Virus record (IMG/VR): IMGVR_UViG_3300045988_161338
Span: 1 to 64,000 of that record
Reading direction: 5' to 3' (one strand)
Length of the DNA: 64,000 nucleotides
From: a virus
Of this stretch, positions 1 through 9,211 are shown piece by piece. The position numbers were made by a program, and so were the translations under genes. The notes below the pieces were generated by a model. The model had not been told where the DNA came from. It saw only the letters and a list, made by a program, of their open reading frames with translations, and ran no database searches. Position 1 is the stretch's first letter, and each line of letters opens with the position of its first letter.

Positions 1-348
1 AAGAAAAACTACTGGATCAGCTATAGTGGTTCTGTGACGCTTCAGAACTTTGGGTCTGAGAGCGCGAAGATTTATCAGAGCAAGTTGCAGCTCGTTATCG
101 ACGGCTTCACGCAGACGCTCACAGCGAGCTTCAAGGACAGCAGCTTCCCCATGACAGAGGTGGGTCAAGGCAAGGTCATGACGCTCATGCCCGGTAAGCT
201 GATGCAGGCCGAGTTTGAGATAAACGCTATTGGCGAAACCATGCCTACGACAGGCAGCGACGGGTCGGTGATTGCGAAGCCGAGCGGCGCGAGGGGCTGC
301 CAGCTGAAGCTCAACGGCGAGGTTATAGGCAGAGGAGCAATTTCTTAG
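1..348 (+). CDS. 3' part of a late/structural gene (5' end left of window)
   Basis: Frame 1 is open from nt 1 to TAG 346-348. The listed ORF 34-348 is only its GTG-initiated tail. Co-oriented with the fibre cluster. No motif recognised. Confidence 0.5.
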   Translation, partial: KKNYWISYSGSVTLQNFGSESAKIYQSKLQLVIDGFTQTLTASFKDSSFPMTEVGQGKVMTLMPGKLMQAEFEINAIGETMPTTGSDGSVIAKPSGARGCQLKLNGEVIGRGAIS

Positions 349-409
349 ATGATTATTTAATTATTTATTATTTATTATTTATTATTTATTATTTTGTTGT
401 TATGAGTTT

Positions 410-1198
410 ATGAAGAAGATTGTTAGGGGCAACGACTTTACGTTGCGGGTGCCTGTCATGAAGATTGTTGACGGCGCGAAGGTGGCGTTTCCGCTACCAG
501 GGTGTACGGACATAAAGGTGAACATCGTGAACCAATACAGACGCATCGCCCTGAGCTACACCATTGATGTGAGCGAGGACAACGTGCTGCTTGCGCGTGT
601 GGAGGGCGACAAGGTGGCTGTGGGAACCTATGCCTTGGAGGTAAAAGGAAAGTTGTTCGGCAACGACTGGCGCAGCAACGAGTACGAGCAGTTTCAGATT
701 GTTGACAACAACGCTGCCGGTGACACGGTGTTTGAGCCGCAGGAGGGCGAGGACAGCGTGGAGATGGACACAGCCCTTGTGGTACTGGCTCCCGCGGTGG
801 AGCTGGGCAACCTGATAAAGGATGCTGAAGAGACAATTGCCGACACCAAGGAGGCCTTGAAGGGCGTGGAGACCAAGATGGGCGACATCGAGAAACGTGC
901 CGACACAGCCATCGGCGCAGCCACGACAGCTGCCGAGAAAGCGAACACACAGGCAGACAGGGCGAAGAGCACGGCGGAGCACCCCAACATCATATCGGAA
1001 GACGGCTACTGGATGGTGTGGAACATAGAAAAAGGTGCTTATGATAAGACCGACAAGTTTTCCCGCGGCACGGTCGACTTCCCCACCTTCGAGGTGGACA
1101 CCGACGAGATGGAGCTGAACGTGAAGCTCACTGACGGGAACGAAGGCAGATATGAGCTGACGGAAGACGGAGAGCTCGTCATTAACACGAACTATTAA
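410..1198 (+). CDS. hypothetical tail-region structural protein
   Basis: 262-aa ATG ORF directly upstream of the fibre-like gene. The overlapping minus-strand ORFs look like GC-rich shadows. Confidence 0.6.
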   Translation: MKKIVRGNDFTLRVPVMKIVDGAKVAFPLPGCTDIKVNIVNQYRRIALSYTIDVSEDNVLLARVEGDKVAVGTYALEVKGKLFGNDWRSNEYEQFQIVDNNAAGDTVFEPQEGEDSVEMDTALVVLAPAVELGNLIKDAEETIADTKEALKGVETKMGDIEKRADTAIGAATTAAEKANTQADRAKSTAEHPNIISEDGYWMVWNIEKGAYDKTDKFSRGTVDFPTFEVDTDEMELNVKLTDGNEGRYELTEDGELVINTNY

Positions 1199-1216
1199 TT
1201 AATTATATCGCGATAT

Positions 1217-4200
1217 ATGGTAACAAAGAAAATCAATTTAGGAAGAGTGGGCTTTGCGCCAAAAGGTGCATATTCGCCCGAAACGACCTATGGTAGGTTG
1301 CATGTGGTGACATGGAAGAACACCACCTATTGGAGTAAGCAGGAGGGCAACACAGGACATGAGCCTGTGGGCGAAGACGAGTGGTGGGGCATTCTTGTGG
1401 ACGGTCAGGCTTCTTATGACGCTGCCGGGACGGCACAGACCGCTGCACAGACCGCCACGACAGCCGCTGACAACGCCAACACCAAAGCCCTTGCTGCTGA
1501 ACAGTCGGCGACGAGAGCCAACGCGGCGAGCGACAAGCTGAACGCTGCTTTGGATAAGGTGACGGAGGCGACGAACAACGCCAACGGAAGCGCGGACAGC
1601 GCCAGCACACAGGCAGCACGCGCACAGGATGCTGCTGAGAAGGGCGAGGCTATGAACGAGCGCATGGCGATTAACCTCACGGAGGTAGAGAAGACCACTA
1701 AGGCCATCAATGAGCTGAACGCCACAGCCACTGCTGCGGAGACAGAGCGCACAAAAGCCGAAGCAGCGCGAGGCGAGGCAGAGAGCGGACGCGCCACAGC
1801 CGAGACACAGCGCACGGAAGCGGAGGATGCACGGCGCACAGCCGAGACTGAGCGTAAGAGTGCCGAGAAATTGAGAGCATCTGCCGAGGCCCGTCGTGAT
1901 GCAGCCGAGACACAGCGCGACAAAGCCGAGCAGAACCGCGTGAAGGAGACTTCACAGGCTCTCGCCGAGGTTAAGACCGCCACAGACACAGCCCTGCAAG
2001 CTGCGGGTGCGGCACAGACGGCCGCGAGCGCGGCAGAGCAGAGCGCCACGGCTGCAAACAACGTGAACGCCACGCTTGCCGAAGACGGCACACTGACGAT
2101 AACCGACAGAGAGGGACATGAAGCCTCGATAAACATAGGCGAGGGAGAGAAGGTGAAAGAGCTTGTGGCCTCGATGGAGCGCGTGAAGGCGAGTCTGGGC
2201 CACTACACGGCGCGTCCCGACATTGTGCTCACGGCTGCTGAGCAGAACGTGGCCATAAGCGCCGACGGCGTGAAGGTGGCAAAGACAGGCTGGGCCATCG
2301 CCGAGTTTACGGCAGAGAAGGGCAACGAATATCTGTTCAAGCCCAACATCGTAGACGGCACGGTGTGTATCTTTGCCGAGAAGATCAGCAGTGTGGAGAC
2401 GCGCAGCATCGACTACACCTACACCTACAACGAGGATGGCACGACAGCCACAGCCACAGCTACCTATCTGGGTAAGACACACGCCTATAGCTATGCCTAC
2501 GCCGACGGTGAGGACGGCACGAAGAGCATGACCATTACCGACGAGAGCGGAGCTGTGGTGACAGAGCTGCCTTATCAATATAAGACCACCGTAGGTTCCT
2601 ACGCCCCGCTTGTGCGCCTTAACGCTGAAGCCGAGCTGCCCGAAGACGGCTATTGTCGTTTCATGAGCCATTTCCAGGGCAACGCCTCCATGACGGTTGC
2701 TGTGAGCTACAAGACGGGCACAGCCGATTTGACGATGAAGGTGCTGCGTGACGGCGTGTTCGCCTCTATCTCCACACAGCTCGGCAATCTGAGTCAGAAG
2801 GAGAACGAGACACGTTCGCTCGCCGTTGAGCTGAAGGAGAAGATGGCAATATTTATTGACACCAACCCCTATGTGGGCATGGTAAGGATGAACGGCGACG
2901 CGAGCCCTGACGCGGAAATGACGTTTGGCGACAAGCAGTTGATGCATGAGGTGGGAGCCGAGTGGAAGCTGGCAACGGTGAAGGACGGTGTGGTGACACA
3001 CGTCTGTGCCCCCGGCCGTCTGACCCTCGACGAGAACGGCGAGGAGGTGAAGATCGACGGAAGCGATGGTGACGTGATTCTCATAAACCGCAACGCCAAT
3101 TTGATCAATGCGACAAAGGTTATTGACGGACGCGAGATGAACTGTTTGGCTATCGGCAAGACAGCGGCCAAATGGTACGGTGTGGAGTCGAAAAAGATGC
3201 CCGCGTTCGGCATGACACCCTGTGAGATCGTGAACGCGAAGATCGAGGGGGATACAAGGTCACAGGCACACTGCGTGTACAACACGACACTGAACGGAAT
3301 GTACGGCACGGCCGACACTTCTGTGCTGAAAGCATCTTACATAAACAGAGGGGCGGGCCACGCTTCAAACATAAGTTCTGTGTCAAGCATACAGAACGCA
3401 CAGAACAAGAATACAGATCCGTTGACCGCCCGTCCTTACATGGGCTGGCACCATGGCACCTACGAGGCTCTTCTGACCACCATGTTTGCGGAGATAGGCT
3501 CGGTTGACCACACCGGCGTGAAGATGTTTGGCTCGGGCGTGACAGCGCAAAACATAAGCGCGAGCCAGTTTAACGACGATGCGATAAGTGGCGTGAGCGG
3601 CTGGAAGATCATTGCTGCTACAGGCGAGACCTACTATAACCATTATTTAAGTTCACAGGCCTATGTCGTAAGCAAGAACAAGAACATTCAGCTTGCGAAC
3701 GGCTTGTCAACAGCCTTATACAACCCTGTGCAGCTGCTTGAAGGCCAACGCATACTTGATGCCATCGCCAAGGCAGGACTTATTGACAAGATAGGCAACA
3801 AAGCCAACATTTTCTATTATGACGAGAACGGCAACGCCGTGTGTGCAAGCGACGGCAGCGTGAACCTCGATACAGGCGAGGGCATGGAGATGCTAAAATT
3901 CTATTTTGTCGTGCGCGATGTTCCTCGCTGTGAGGGAATGAAGGACGGTGTTATGACCGCTGTGGTGAACCGATATGTCAAGACAGAGATTGCCGACGGT
4001 TGTCAGAGCACCGACAAGAAGGTGTCATTTGACGGGGCTATTGCCATTCTGAAGGTAAGCATACCCGTGTATCGCGGTTTCACCTTGCCTTACGTCGGGC
4101 AGTTCCGTCAGATAAGCTACGCCTATTACACAATACATAACATTGATGGAGCCACGCATGTAGACTACCGTTGCACGGAGAGCATGGAAGATGTGCAGCC

Positions 4201-4573
4201 GCTGACGGTGTTCAATAATAACGCCTTTCAATGTGTCTACGGCACCAAGCCCCCAATGCTCGTTGGACTCAACAAGATGAAGGATTATGGTGTGACGGAC
4301 ATGCGAGAGAGTAATATAAAGTCTTCCGACTATAACATGTCGCAATTCTGCTATAAGACGGTAGGTTCTTCGCTCCACACGCACGAATGTACCTACTTAT
4401 GGTTATCTCCGTCAAACAATGGAGGAGTGGGCACGTCTCAGGTACACGGCTCTGTGGTTGGTTGCTATGCGAGCAGCAGCAGCGTCTCGGCTCGTGCTGC
4501 GTTCTGTAACTCTCACGCTGGCTTTGGCCACGGCATCTACGCTGGGGCGTTCGCTGTCCTCCTAAAACAATAA
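1217..4573 (+). CDS. tail-fibre-like receptor-binding protein; DGR target with C-terminal variable region
   Basis: 1118-aa ORF with an N-terminal globular part, a long Ala/Glu/Arg-rich coiled-coil stretch (AETxR-type repeats, about aa 70-290) and a large C-terminal domain. Codons 1077-1114 form the VR, which is in frame. Confidence 0.85.
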   Translation: MVTKKINLGRVGFAPKGAYSPETTYGRLHVVTWKNTTYWSKQEGNTGHEPVGEDEWWGILVDGQASYDAAGTAQTAAQTATTAADNANTKALAAEQSATRANAASDKLNAALDKVTEATNNANGSADSASTQAARAQDAAEKGEAMNERMAINLTEVEKTTKAINELNATATAAETERTKAEAARGEAESGRATAETQRTEAEDARRTAETERKSAEKLRASAEARRDAAETQRDKAEQNRVKETSQALAEVKTATDTALQAAGAAQTAASAAEQSATAANNVNATLAEDGTLTITDREGHEASINIGEGEKVKELVASMERVKASLGHYTARPDIVLTAAEQNVAISADGVKVAKTGWAIAEFTAEKGNEYLFKPNIVDGTVCIFAEKISSVETRSIDYTYTYNEDGTTATATATYLGKTHAYSYAYADGEDGTKSMTITDESGAVVTELPYQYKTTVGSYAPLVRLNAEAELPEDGYCRFMSHFQGNASMTVAVSYKTGTADLTMKVLRDGVFASISTQLGNLSQKENETRSLAVELKEKMAIFIDTNPYVGMVRMNGDASPDAEMTFGDKQLMHEVGAEWKLATVKDGVVTHVCAPGRLTLDENGEEVKIDGSDGDVILINRNANLINATKVIDGREMNCLAIGKTAAKWYGVESKKMPAFGMTPCEIVNAKIEGDTRSQAHCVYNTTLNGMYGTADTSVLKASYINRGAGHASNISSVSSIQNAQNKNTDPLTARPYMGWHHGTYEALLTTMFAEIGSVDHTGVKMFGSGVTAQNISASQFNDDAISGVSGWKIIAATGETYYNHYLSSQAYVVSKNKNIQLANGLSTALYNPVQLLEGQRILDAIAKAGLIDKIGNKANIFYYDENGNAVCASDGSVNLDTGEGMEMLKFYFVVRDVPRCEGMKDGVMTAVVNRYVKTEIADGCQSTDKKVSFDGAIAILKVSIPVYRGFTLPYVGQFRQISYAYYTIHNIDGATHVDYRCTESMEDVQPLTVFNNNAFQCVYGTKPPMLVGLNKMKDYGVTDMRESNIKSSDYNMSQFCYKTVGSSLHTHECTYLWLSPSNNGGVGTSQVHGSVVGCYASSSSVSARAAFCNSHAGFGHGIYAGAFAVLLKQ
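4445..4558 (+). repeat. DGR variable region (VR)
   Basis: 114 nt aligned by hand to 4951-5064: 98 identities and 16 mismatches, every mismatch opposite an adenine of the TR copy. Confidence 0.85.
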
Positions 4574-4950
4574 TTTAATCGAGAGTAATAAACAATAATA
4601 ATTAACAATAGTCTCAATCGCAAGCTGCGTCTTAGCAAGCTGCGGCGAGAGCCCAAGCAAGAAGGCCATGACCTGAAGCCAAAGCGGAGCGGCGGAACGT
4701 CTTAGTGGAGCCGCTCCCCGCCTCGATTTTCAGACCAAAGATGCGGAAGGACGACATCAAAAAAAAGAGTTTTAACATGAAGAAACAAAAACACAACGTG
4801 CATGGGGAGGCGAAAGCCTCTGCGCCTCGCGGCAAGGGTCGCGGGTACGTCGGCATGGTGTGTGAGCATGTGGCGAGAGGTGTGTGCGCGACCTATCCCA
4901 GTCACGACAACGCACACGCGGACGACACATGCAAGACCGAAGGTGAGAAG

Positions 4951-5064
4951 AACGGCTCTGTGGTTGGTTGCAATGCGAACAACAGCAACGTCTCGGCTCG
5001 TACTGCGAACTGTAACAATCACGCTGGCAATGGCAACAACAACTACGCTGGGGCGTTCGCTGTC
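4951..5064 (+). repeat. DGR template region (TR)
   Basis: Adenine-rich copy with 9 AAC and 3 AAT codons. It lies between the target gene and the RT domain. The identical GC-rich 3' end GCTGGGGCGTTCGCTGTC is shared with the VR. Confidence 0.85.
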
Positions 5065-5238
5065 AACACGGAAAAAGGGAAACCTCTCACATCGGGAGCA
5101 GCAAGCTCAAAGACTAAAGATGGCCATGTCGCCACTGGTGGGCATGGACGATGCGATTACGGCTCGGAGCTGCCCTTCTGGGACAGCTGCGGGAGCGCGG
5201 AAAGCAACGTGTCGGCTACCGTTGAGGAAGCTGACGTT

Positions 5239-6612
5239 ATGGAAGAGTTGAAGACAGCCAACAAGAAGAGGAAACTGAAAAACCTCAGACGTTTCTTCGT
5301 GAACAGAACAATTATAGAGATGGCGTTTGACCGCACGATGGACCGGACGGATGCGCCCGACAGCGTGATTGAAGCATGGACGGCACAGAAGCAGAAGGTG
5401 TGTGACAGGATTGAACGCGAGCTGCGCGACATGACCTACACGCCGAAGCCGCCGAAGCGCAAGGTGATACACAAGAAGGGCAAGGGCGACAAGGACAGGA
5501 ACGCTGACGTGTCGGCGATGTATGACCGCATTGTGCAGACGCTAACCCTTCTCGTCATTGAGAAGAAGCTGCGCAACATGATGGTCCGTAACATCTATTC
5601 GGGCATCAAGGGCCGTTCGCTGCTTAGCAAAGACCGACGGTTCTGCATGGTGAACAAGATACGTCAATGGGTGAAGGGCCACCCCGACATGTGGGTGGGC
5701 CAGACCGACATTCGCCATTTCTACGAGACGTTGCAGACGCGCATCGTGCTGGGCGAGCTGTTCAAGGTTGTGGTGTGTCCATACACGCGATGGCTGCTTA
5801 CACGGCTGTTCATGCACATGGAATATCTGCCCATCGGCGGATGCCTCAGTCAGCTTCTTGCCATGTTTGTGCTTGTCATCGCCGACCGCGAGGTGTTGCG
5901 CCGCTACAAGGTTGACCTGTTCGGTTTTGGCGACAACAGGTTGATGTGTGGAGAGAAGAAGGAGGTGAGAGAGGCGATGAGCTTTCTTATGTCTTTCTAT
6001 GCGGGGCGCTTCTCGCTGGCGGTGAAAGGCGACTACCAGATGCGGCGCGTGGGCGACGGCTTCCGCTTCTGCAAGTATGACTACAAGCAGAGCTATGTGC
6101 ATGTGCGTGCGGAGATGCGGCGACGCGCCATAAGAGGTAGGGCGACGGGCTGGAAACACTATGCAGGCTACCGTGGCATGCTGCTAAAGACGGACAGTGT
6201 GAGGTTGAGACACATGATAGAGGACAACTATATGAAACTTGTAAACAAGCACGGCATGACCGTGACGACACAGAAAGGCGACAAGGTGAAGCTGCGTGAC
6301 TTGGCAGACGGCAGCGTGGTGGTGCCTGTGGAGTTTAACATCGAGTCGTCGGAGGCGAAAGCCAAGGAAGGCAAGGAGGGGTTCATGGTAAGGTTGACGT
6401 ATGTCTGTCTGCATGACGGTCAGAAACGGCTTTGTCACTCTACAGAGGGCAGCGAGGAGATAGTGGAGTTTTTCCGTCTTGTTGCCAACGGTACTGCGGA
6501 GCTGCACCAACACCTTCATGTAAAGCATGACGGCACAAAGGTGTTCTTCGACGAATATCACACCACGAAGCAGGAGGCGTGTGACCTGATATGTGCTGAG
6601 CTGGGAATTTAG
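5239..6612 (+). CDS. DGR-type reverse transcriptase (motif C reads FGDN, not YxDD)
   Basis: The listed ORF 4705-6612 reads through the TR. The RT-like part shows PKRKVI..DRIVQ, YSGIKGRS, GQTDIRHFY, LPIGGCLSQ (DGR-type IGxxxSQ), LFGFGDNRLM and FRFCKY, in the order seen in Bordetella Brt. ATG 5239 is the first in-frame Met after the TR, so the start is uncertain. Confidence 0.75.
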   Translation: MEELKTANKKRKLKNLRRFFVNRTIIEMAFDRTMDRTDAPDSVIEAWTAQKQKVCDRIERELRDMTYTPKPPKRKVIHKKGKGDKDRNADVSAMYDRIVQTLTLLVIEKKLRNMMVRNIYSGIKGRSLLSKDRRFCMVNKIRQWVKGHPDMWVGQTDIRHFYETLQTRIVLGELFKVVVCPYTRWLLTRLFMHMEYLPIGGCLSQLLAMFVLVIADREVLRRYKVDLFGFGDNRLMCGEKKEVREAMSFLMSFYAGRFSLAVKGDYQMRRVGDGFRFCKYDYKQSYVHVRAEMRRRAIRGRATGWKHYAGYRGMLLKTDSVRLRHMIEDNYMKLVNKHGMTVTTQKGDKVKLRDLADGSVVVPVEFNIESSEAKAKEGKEGFMVRLTYVCLHDGQKRLCHSTEGSEEIVEFFRLVANGTAELHQHLHVKHDGTKVFFDEYHTTKQEACDLICAELGI

Positions 6613-6638
6613 ATTATTTATTATTTATTATTTTTTGC

Positions 6639-7199
6639 ATGATGAGATTAGAATTTATGGAGCGTCAGCAAACGCTGACCATTTGCAAGGGCGGCAGACA
6701 GGCGTTGGTGCTGCTGGGCGAGAGTGAGGAGAAAAGGGAGCAGGAGTCTCCCGACGGTGAGAAGACGGAGGCTACAGTCTATGTCTATGACGCGACATGG
6801 CTTGACCTGACGAAGCAGCATGACCCGGTGGCTGCGGCGCGTGAGGAGGTTCTGAAGCAGATCGAGGCATATGATACCTCGTCTGCCGTGAACGGCTTTA
6901 TGCTCAACGGCGCGGTGGTGTGGCTCGACAAGGCCACGCGCGTGGGGCTGATGAACTCAACGACCATCGCGAAGGCTATGGGACAGGCTACGACGACGCT
7001 GTGGCTCGGGAACACAAAGCTGGAGGTGGGCTGTGACATGGCCATTCAGCTGCTCTCGGCACTTGAGATGTATGCCCTGGAGTGCTTTAACGTTACGGCG
7101 GCTCACAAGAAGGCTGTGGGCGAGCTGACGAGCGTTGAGGAGGTGCTGACCTACGACTACACTAAGGGCTACCCTGCGAAGCTGACGATGACGGTTTAG
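6639..7199 (+). CDS. hypothetical protein, possibly fibre-associated (DUF4376-like)
   Basis: 186-aa ORF just after the DGR. The central segment (SSAVNGFMLNGAVVWLDKATRVGL) resembles phage fibre-accessory DUF4376 proteins. Weak by-eye call. Confidence 0.45.
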   Translation: MMRLEFMERQQTLTICKGGRQALVLLGESEEKREQESPDGEKTEATVYVYDATWLDLTKQHDPVAAAREEVLKQIEAYDTSSAVNGFMLNGAVVWLDKATRVGLMNSTTIAKAMGQATTTLWLGNTKLEVGCDMAIQLLSALEMYALECFNVTAAHKKAVGELTSVEEVLTYDYTKGYPAKLTMTV

Positions 7200-7326
7200 G
7201 CACGGTTTGATGGTCTGAAAATCGGCTTGACGATTTAAAGGATTATTTCAACAGGTCTAAGGATTGTGTTAACAGACCTAAAATTCGTAACAACATCTTT
7301 TAAAATTGTGTTAACTGCTTTAAAAA

Positions 7327-7557
7327 TTGACGGACATGAAGAAAACGACAAAGAGAAACCTTTTAGGTATGCTGGTGTATATGACCATCGCTTTCGCGTT
7401 TGGCGGCGGCTTCGGTCTGTTGGCTCTCATCGTGAAGGAGGACAACGACAGATGCCATTACTATGGCGGGACGTGGAACAGGGGCGACCTTGTGCGCGGC
7501 TGCCTGGCTGTGGGCGTGGGCATGGGGCTGAGGTATTGGTCCTTCGGTCTGCTGTGA
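7327..7557 (+). CDS. small membrane protein
   Basis: 76 aa with two hydrophobic helices. Preferred over the overlapping 7266-7676 ORF, which has Arg-rich shadow-like composition. Confidence 0.45.
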   Translation: MTDMKKTTKRNLLGMLVYMTIAFAFGGGFGLLALIVKEDNDRCHYYGGTWNRGDLVRGCLAVGVGMGLRYWSFGLL

Positions 7558-7672
7558 GAGAAAACGAAAGGCACGGCCTTGTCGGGAGAGCAATTTGCAC
7601 CCGACGGGGCTTTGCCGTGTGGAGAAAATTTTGTAAATTTGAGATTATTTTAAAGACTAAAAAAAGAGATAT

Positions 7673-8215
7673 ATGATGATAGTATTAAGTATTTGGGCCT
7701 TCCTGCTGTTGGGAGGTTTACTGTTGCTCACAGCGCTGCGCTTCGGCGTGCCCGACATGGTGAGCGGTGTGTATTATCAGCTTCAGCACACGACTGACAG
7801 CACGGTGCTGGGCGGAACAACGGAGCACAAGAGAGGATGGATCTTCTCGGTTGTTATGATCGTGTCGGCATTCCTCATGATGGTGTGCATGCTCGACACG
7901 GGGCAGGGGGTGCAGCCGATGGCCTTCTTGGGCTGCTGCGGCATGATAACGGTTGGACTGGCACCCCGCTATCTTAGTGAGGAGCAACGCGAGGTACACA
8001 GGTTTGGTGCTTGGGTAGCCACGGCAGGCTGCATATTTTGGTGCATTACGGCATGTTACCCTGTTACGCTCGTTATAGCCCTCGCGTATCTTGCAGGAAT
8101 GGCTTATGCAGGACAGAAGGACGACGGACGGGACGTGAAGGCGTTTTATTGGCTTGAGATAGCGAGCTTGGCAGACGTATTTCTGACGTATTGGACGGTG
8201 AGATTGTGTGGCTGA
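7673..8215 (+). CDS. multi-pass membrane protein
   Basis: 180 aa with at least 5 hydrophobic segments, upstream of the lysis genes. Confidence 0.6.
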   Translation: MMIVLSIWAFLLLGGLLLLTALRFGVPDMVSGVYYQLQHTTDSTVLGGTTEHKRGWIFSVVMIVSAFLMMVCMLDTGQGVQPMAFLGCCGMITVGLAPRYLSEEQREVHRFGAWVATAGCIFWCITACYPVTLVIALAYLAGMAYAGQKDDGRDVKAFYWLEIASLADVFLTYWTVRLCG

Positions 8216-8245
8216 TTGATGTATAACCAATAAACGAAAAGAACG

Positions 8246-8782
8246 ATGAACGGATTGGTACCTGAACAGATGCGGTTTGTGTGGACGCTGCTGTGCTCTA
8301 CCCTATTAGCTATTGTTGCGCCGACTGGCACTTTTTTGGCTGCCCTGACGTTGGCCTGCATGTTTAACGTGTGGGCAGGGATGAGAGCGGACGGCGTGAG
8401 TGTGATAAGATGCAAGAAATTTTCTTGGGACAAGTTTCTGAGGGCGCTGTATGAGTTTGCCGTTATCTTGGCCGTGATAGAGCTGATACGCGGCATAATG
8501 TATCTCTGCGGCGATGACGGCGTGAGCTTATATCCTGTGAAGATATTGACATACGCTGCCTGCATTATCTATTTGCAGAACGCGCTGAAAAATTTGGTGA
8601 AGGCTTACCCGAAGAACAAGATGCTGTGGGTGGTCTACCTGTTTATAAGATGTGAGTGGCGGAAAGCCCTGCCTGCAAACGTGGACGCGATGCTGGAACA
8701 ATATGAGCAGCATGTGGCGCGGACGAACAGGAACTGCAAGGACTGTAAGGAAGGAAAGGAGGTGAAAGATGTGGAAGGTTAG
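8246..8782 (+). CDS. holin-like membrane protein
   Basis: 178 aa with 3-4 TM helices and a charged C-terminus. Its 3' end overlaps the endolysin start. Confidence 0.55.
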   Translation: MNGLVPEQMRFVWTLLCSTLLAIVAPTGTFLAALTLACMFNVWAGMRADGVSVIRCKKFSWDKFLRALYEFAVILAVIELIRGIMYLCGDDGVSLYPVKILTYAACIIYLQNALKNLVKAYPKNKMLWVVYLFIRCEWRKALPANVDAMLEQYEQHVARTNRNCKDCKEGKEVKDVEG

Positions 8783-9200
8783 TGAGACGCTGCTAAAGCA
8801 CATAAAGGCTGCTGAGGGCTACAGAAGCAAGGCTTATCTCTGTCCTGCTGGACGCTACACCTGCGGTTACGGTCACACTAAGGGCGTGACGCGGAAGACG
8901 GTCTGTGACGCTGACAAGGCGGAACGATGGCTAAGGGAGGATTTGCAGCCTGTGGAGAGCTTTGTTAACGCGGTGAAGCACATCAACACACAGGGAAGGT
9001 TTGACGCGCTTGTGGACTTTGGCTTTAACGTGGGGCTGGGCAATCTGCGGTCGAGCACGCTGCTTAAGCTCATTCAACGGGGTGCTTCTGACAAGGAGAT
9101 TTGCAGGGAGTTTGAAAAATGGGTGTATGCTGGAGGAAAGGTGCTGAGCGGTCTTGTGGAGCGACGCGAATGGGAAGCACGGAGATGGTGTGAAACGTAA
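8769..9200 (+). CDS. GH24 (T4-lysozyme-like) endolysin
   Basis: AAEGYRSKAYLCPAGRYTCGYGHT fits the E-x8-D-x5-T lysozyme signature, with Cys at the Asp position. Confidence 0.85.
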   Translation: MWKVSETLLKHIKAAEGYRSKAYLCPAGRYTCGYGHTKGVTRKTVCDADKAERWLREDLQPVESFVNAVKHINTQGRFDALVDFGFNVGLGNLRSSTLLKLIQRGASDKEICREFEKWVYAGGKVLSGLVERREWEARRWCET

Positions 9201-9211
9201 AGACATGGACT

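Noticed and set aside
456-3001. Long minus-strand ORFs (456-950, 494-982, 1414-2136, 1952-3001) opposite the fibre genes
   Set aside because: They have Ala/Arg/Cys/Ser-rich shadow composition, overlap one another, and lie antisense to convincing structural genes.
4705-6612. A single 635-aa protein as given in the ORF track
   Set aside because: Its first about 120 codons read straight through the DGR template repeat and the preceding spacer. RT motifs begin only afterwards. The N-terminal part is most likely untranslated TR RNA, so I annotated 5239-6612.
7266-7676. A 136-aa ORF spanning the spacer and the small membrane gene
   Set aside because: It has a GTG/TTG-type start in a motif-rich spacer and Arg/Gly-rich composition. 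The overlapping 76-aa two-TM ORF is more gene-like, though neither is certain.
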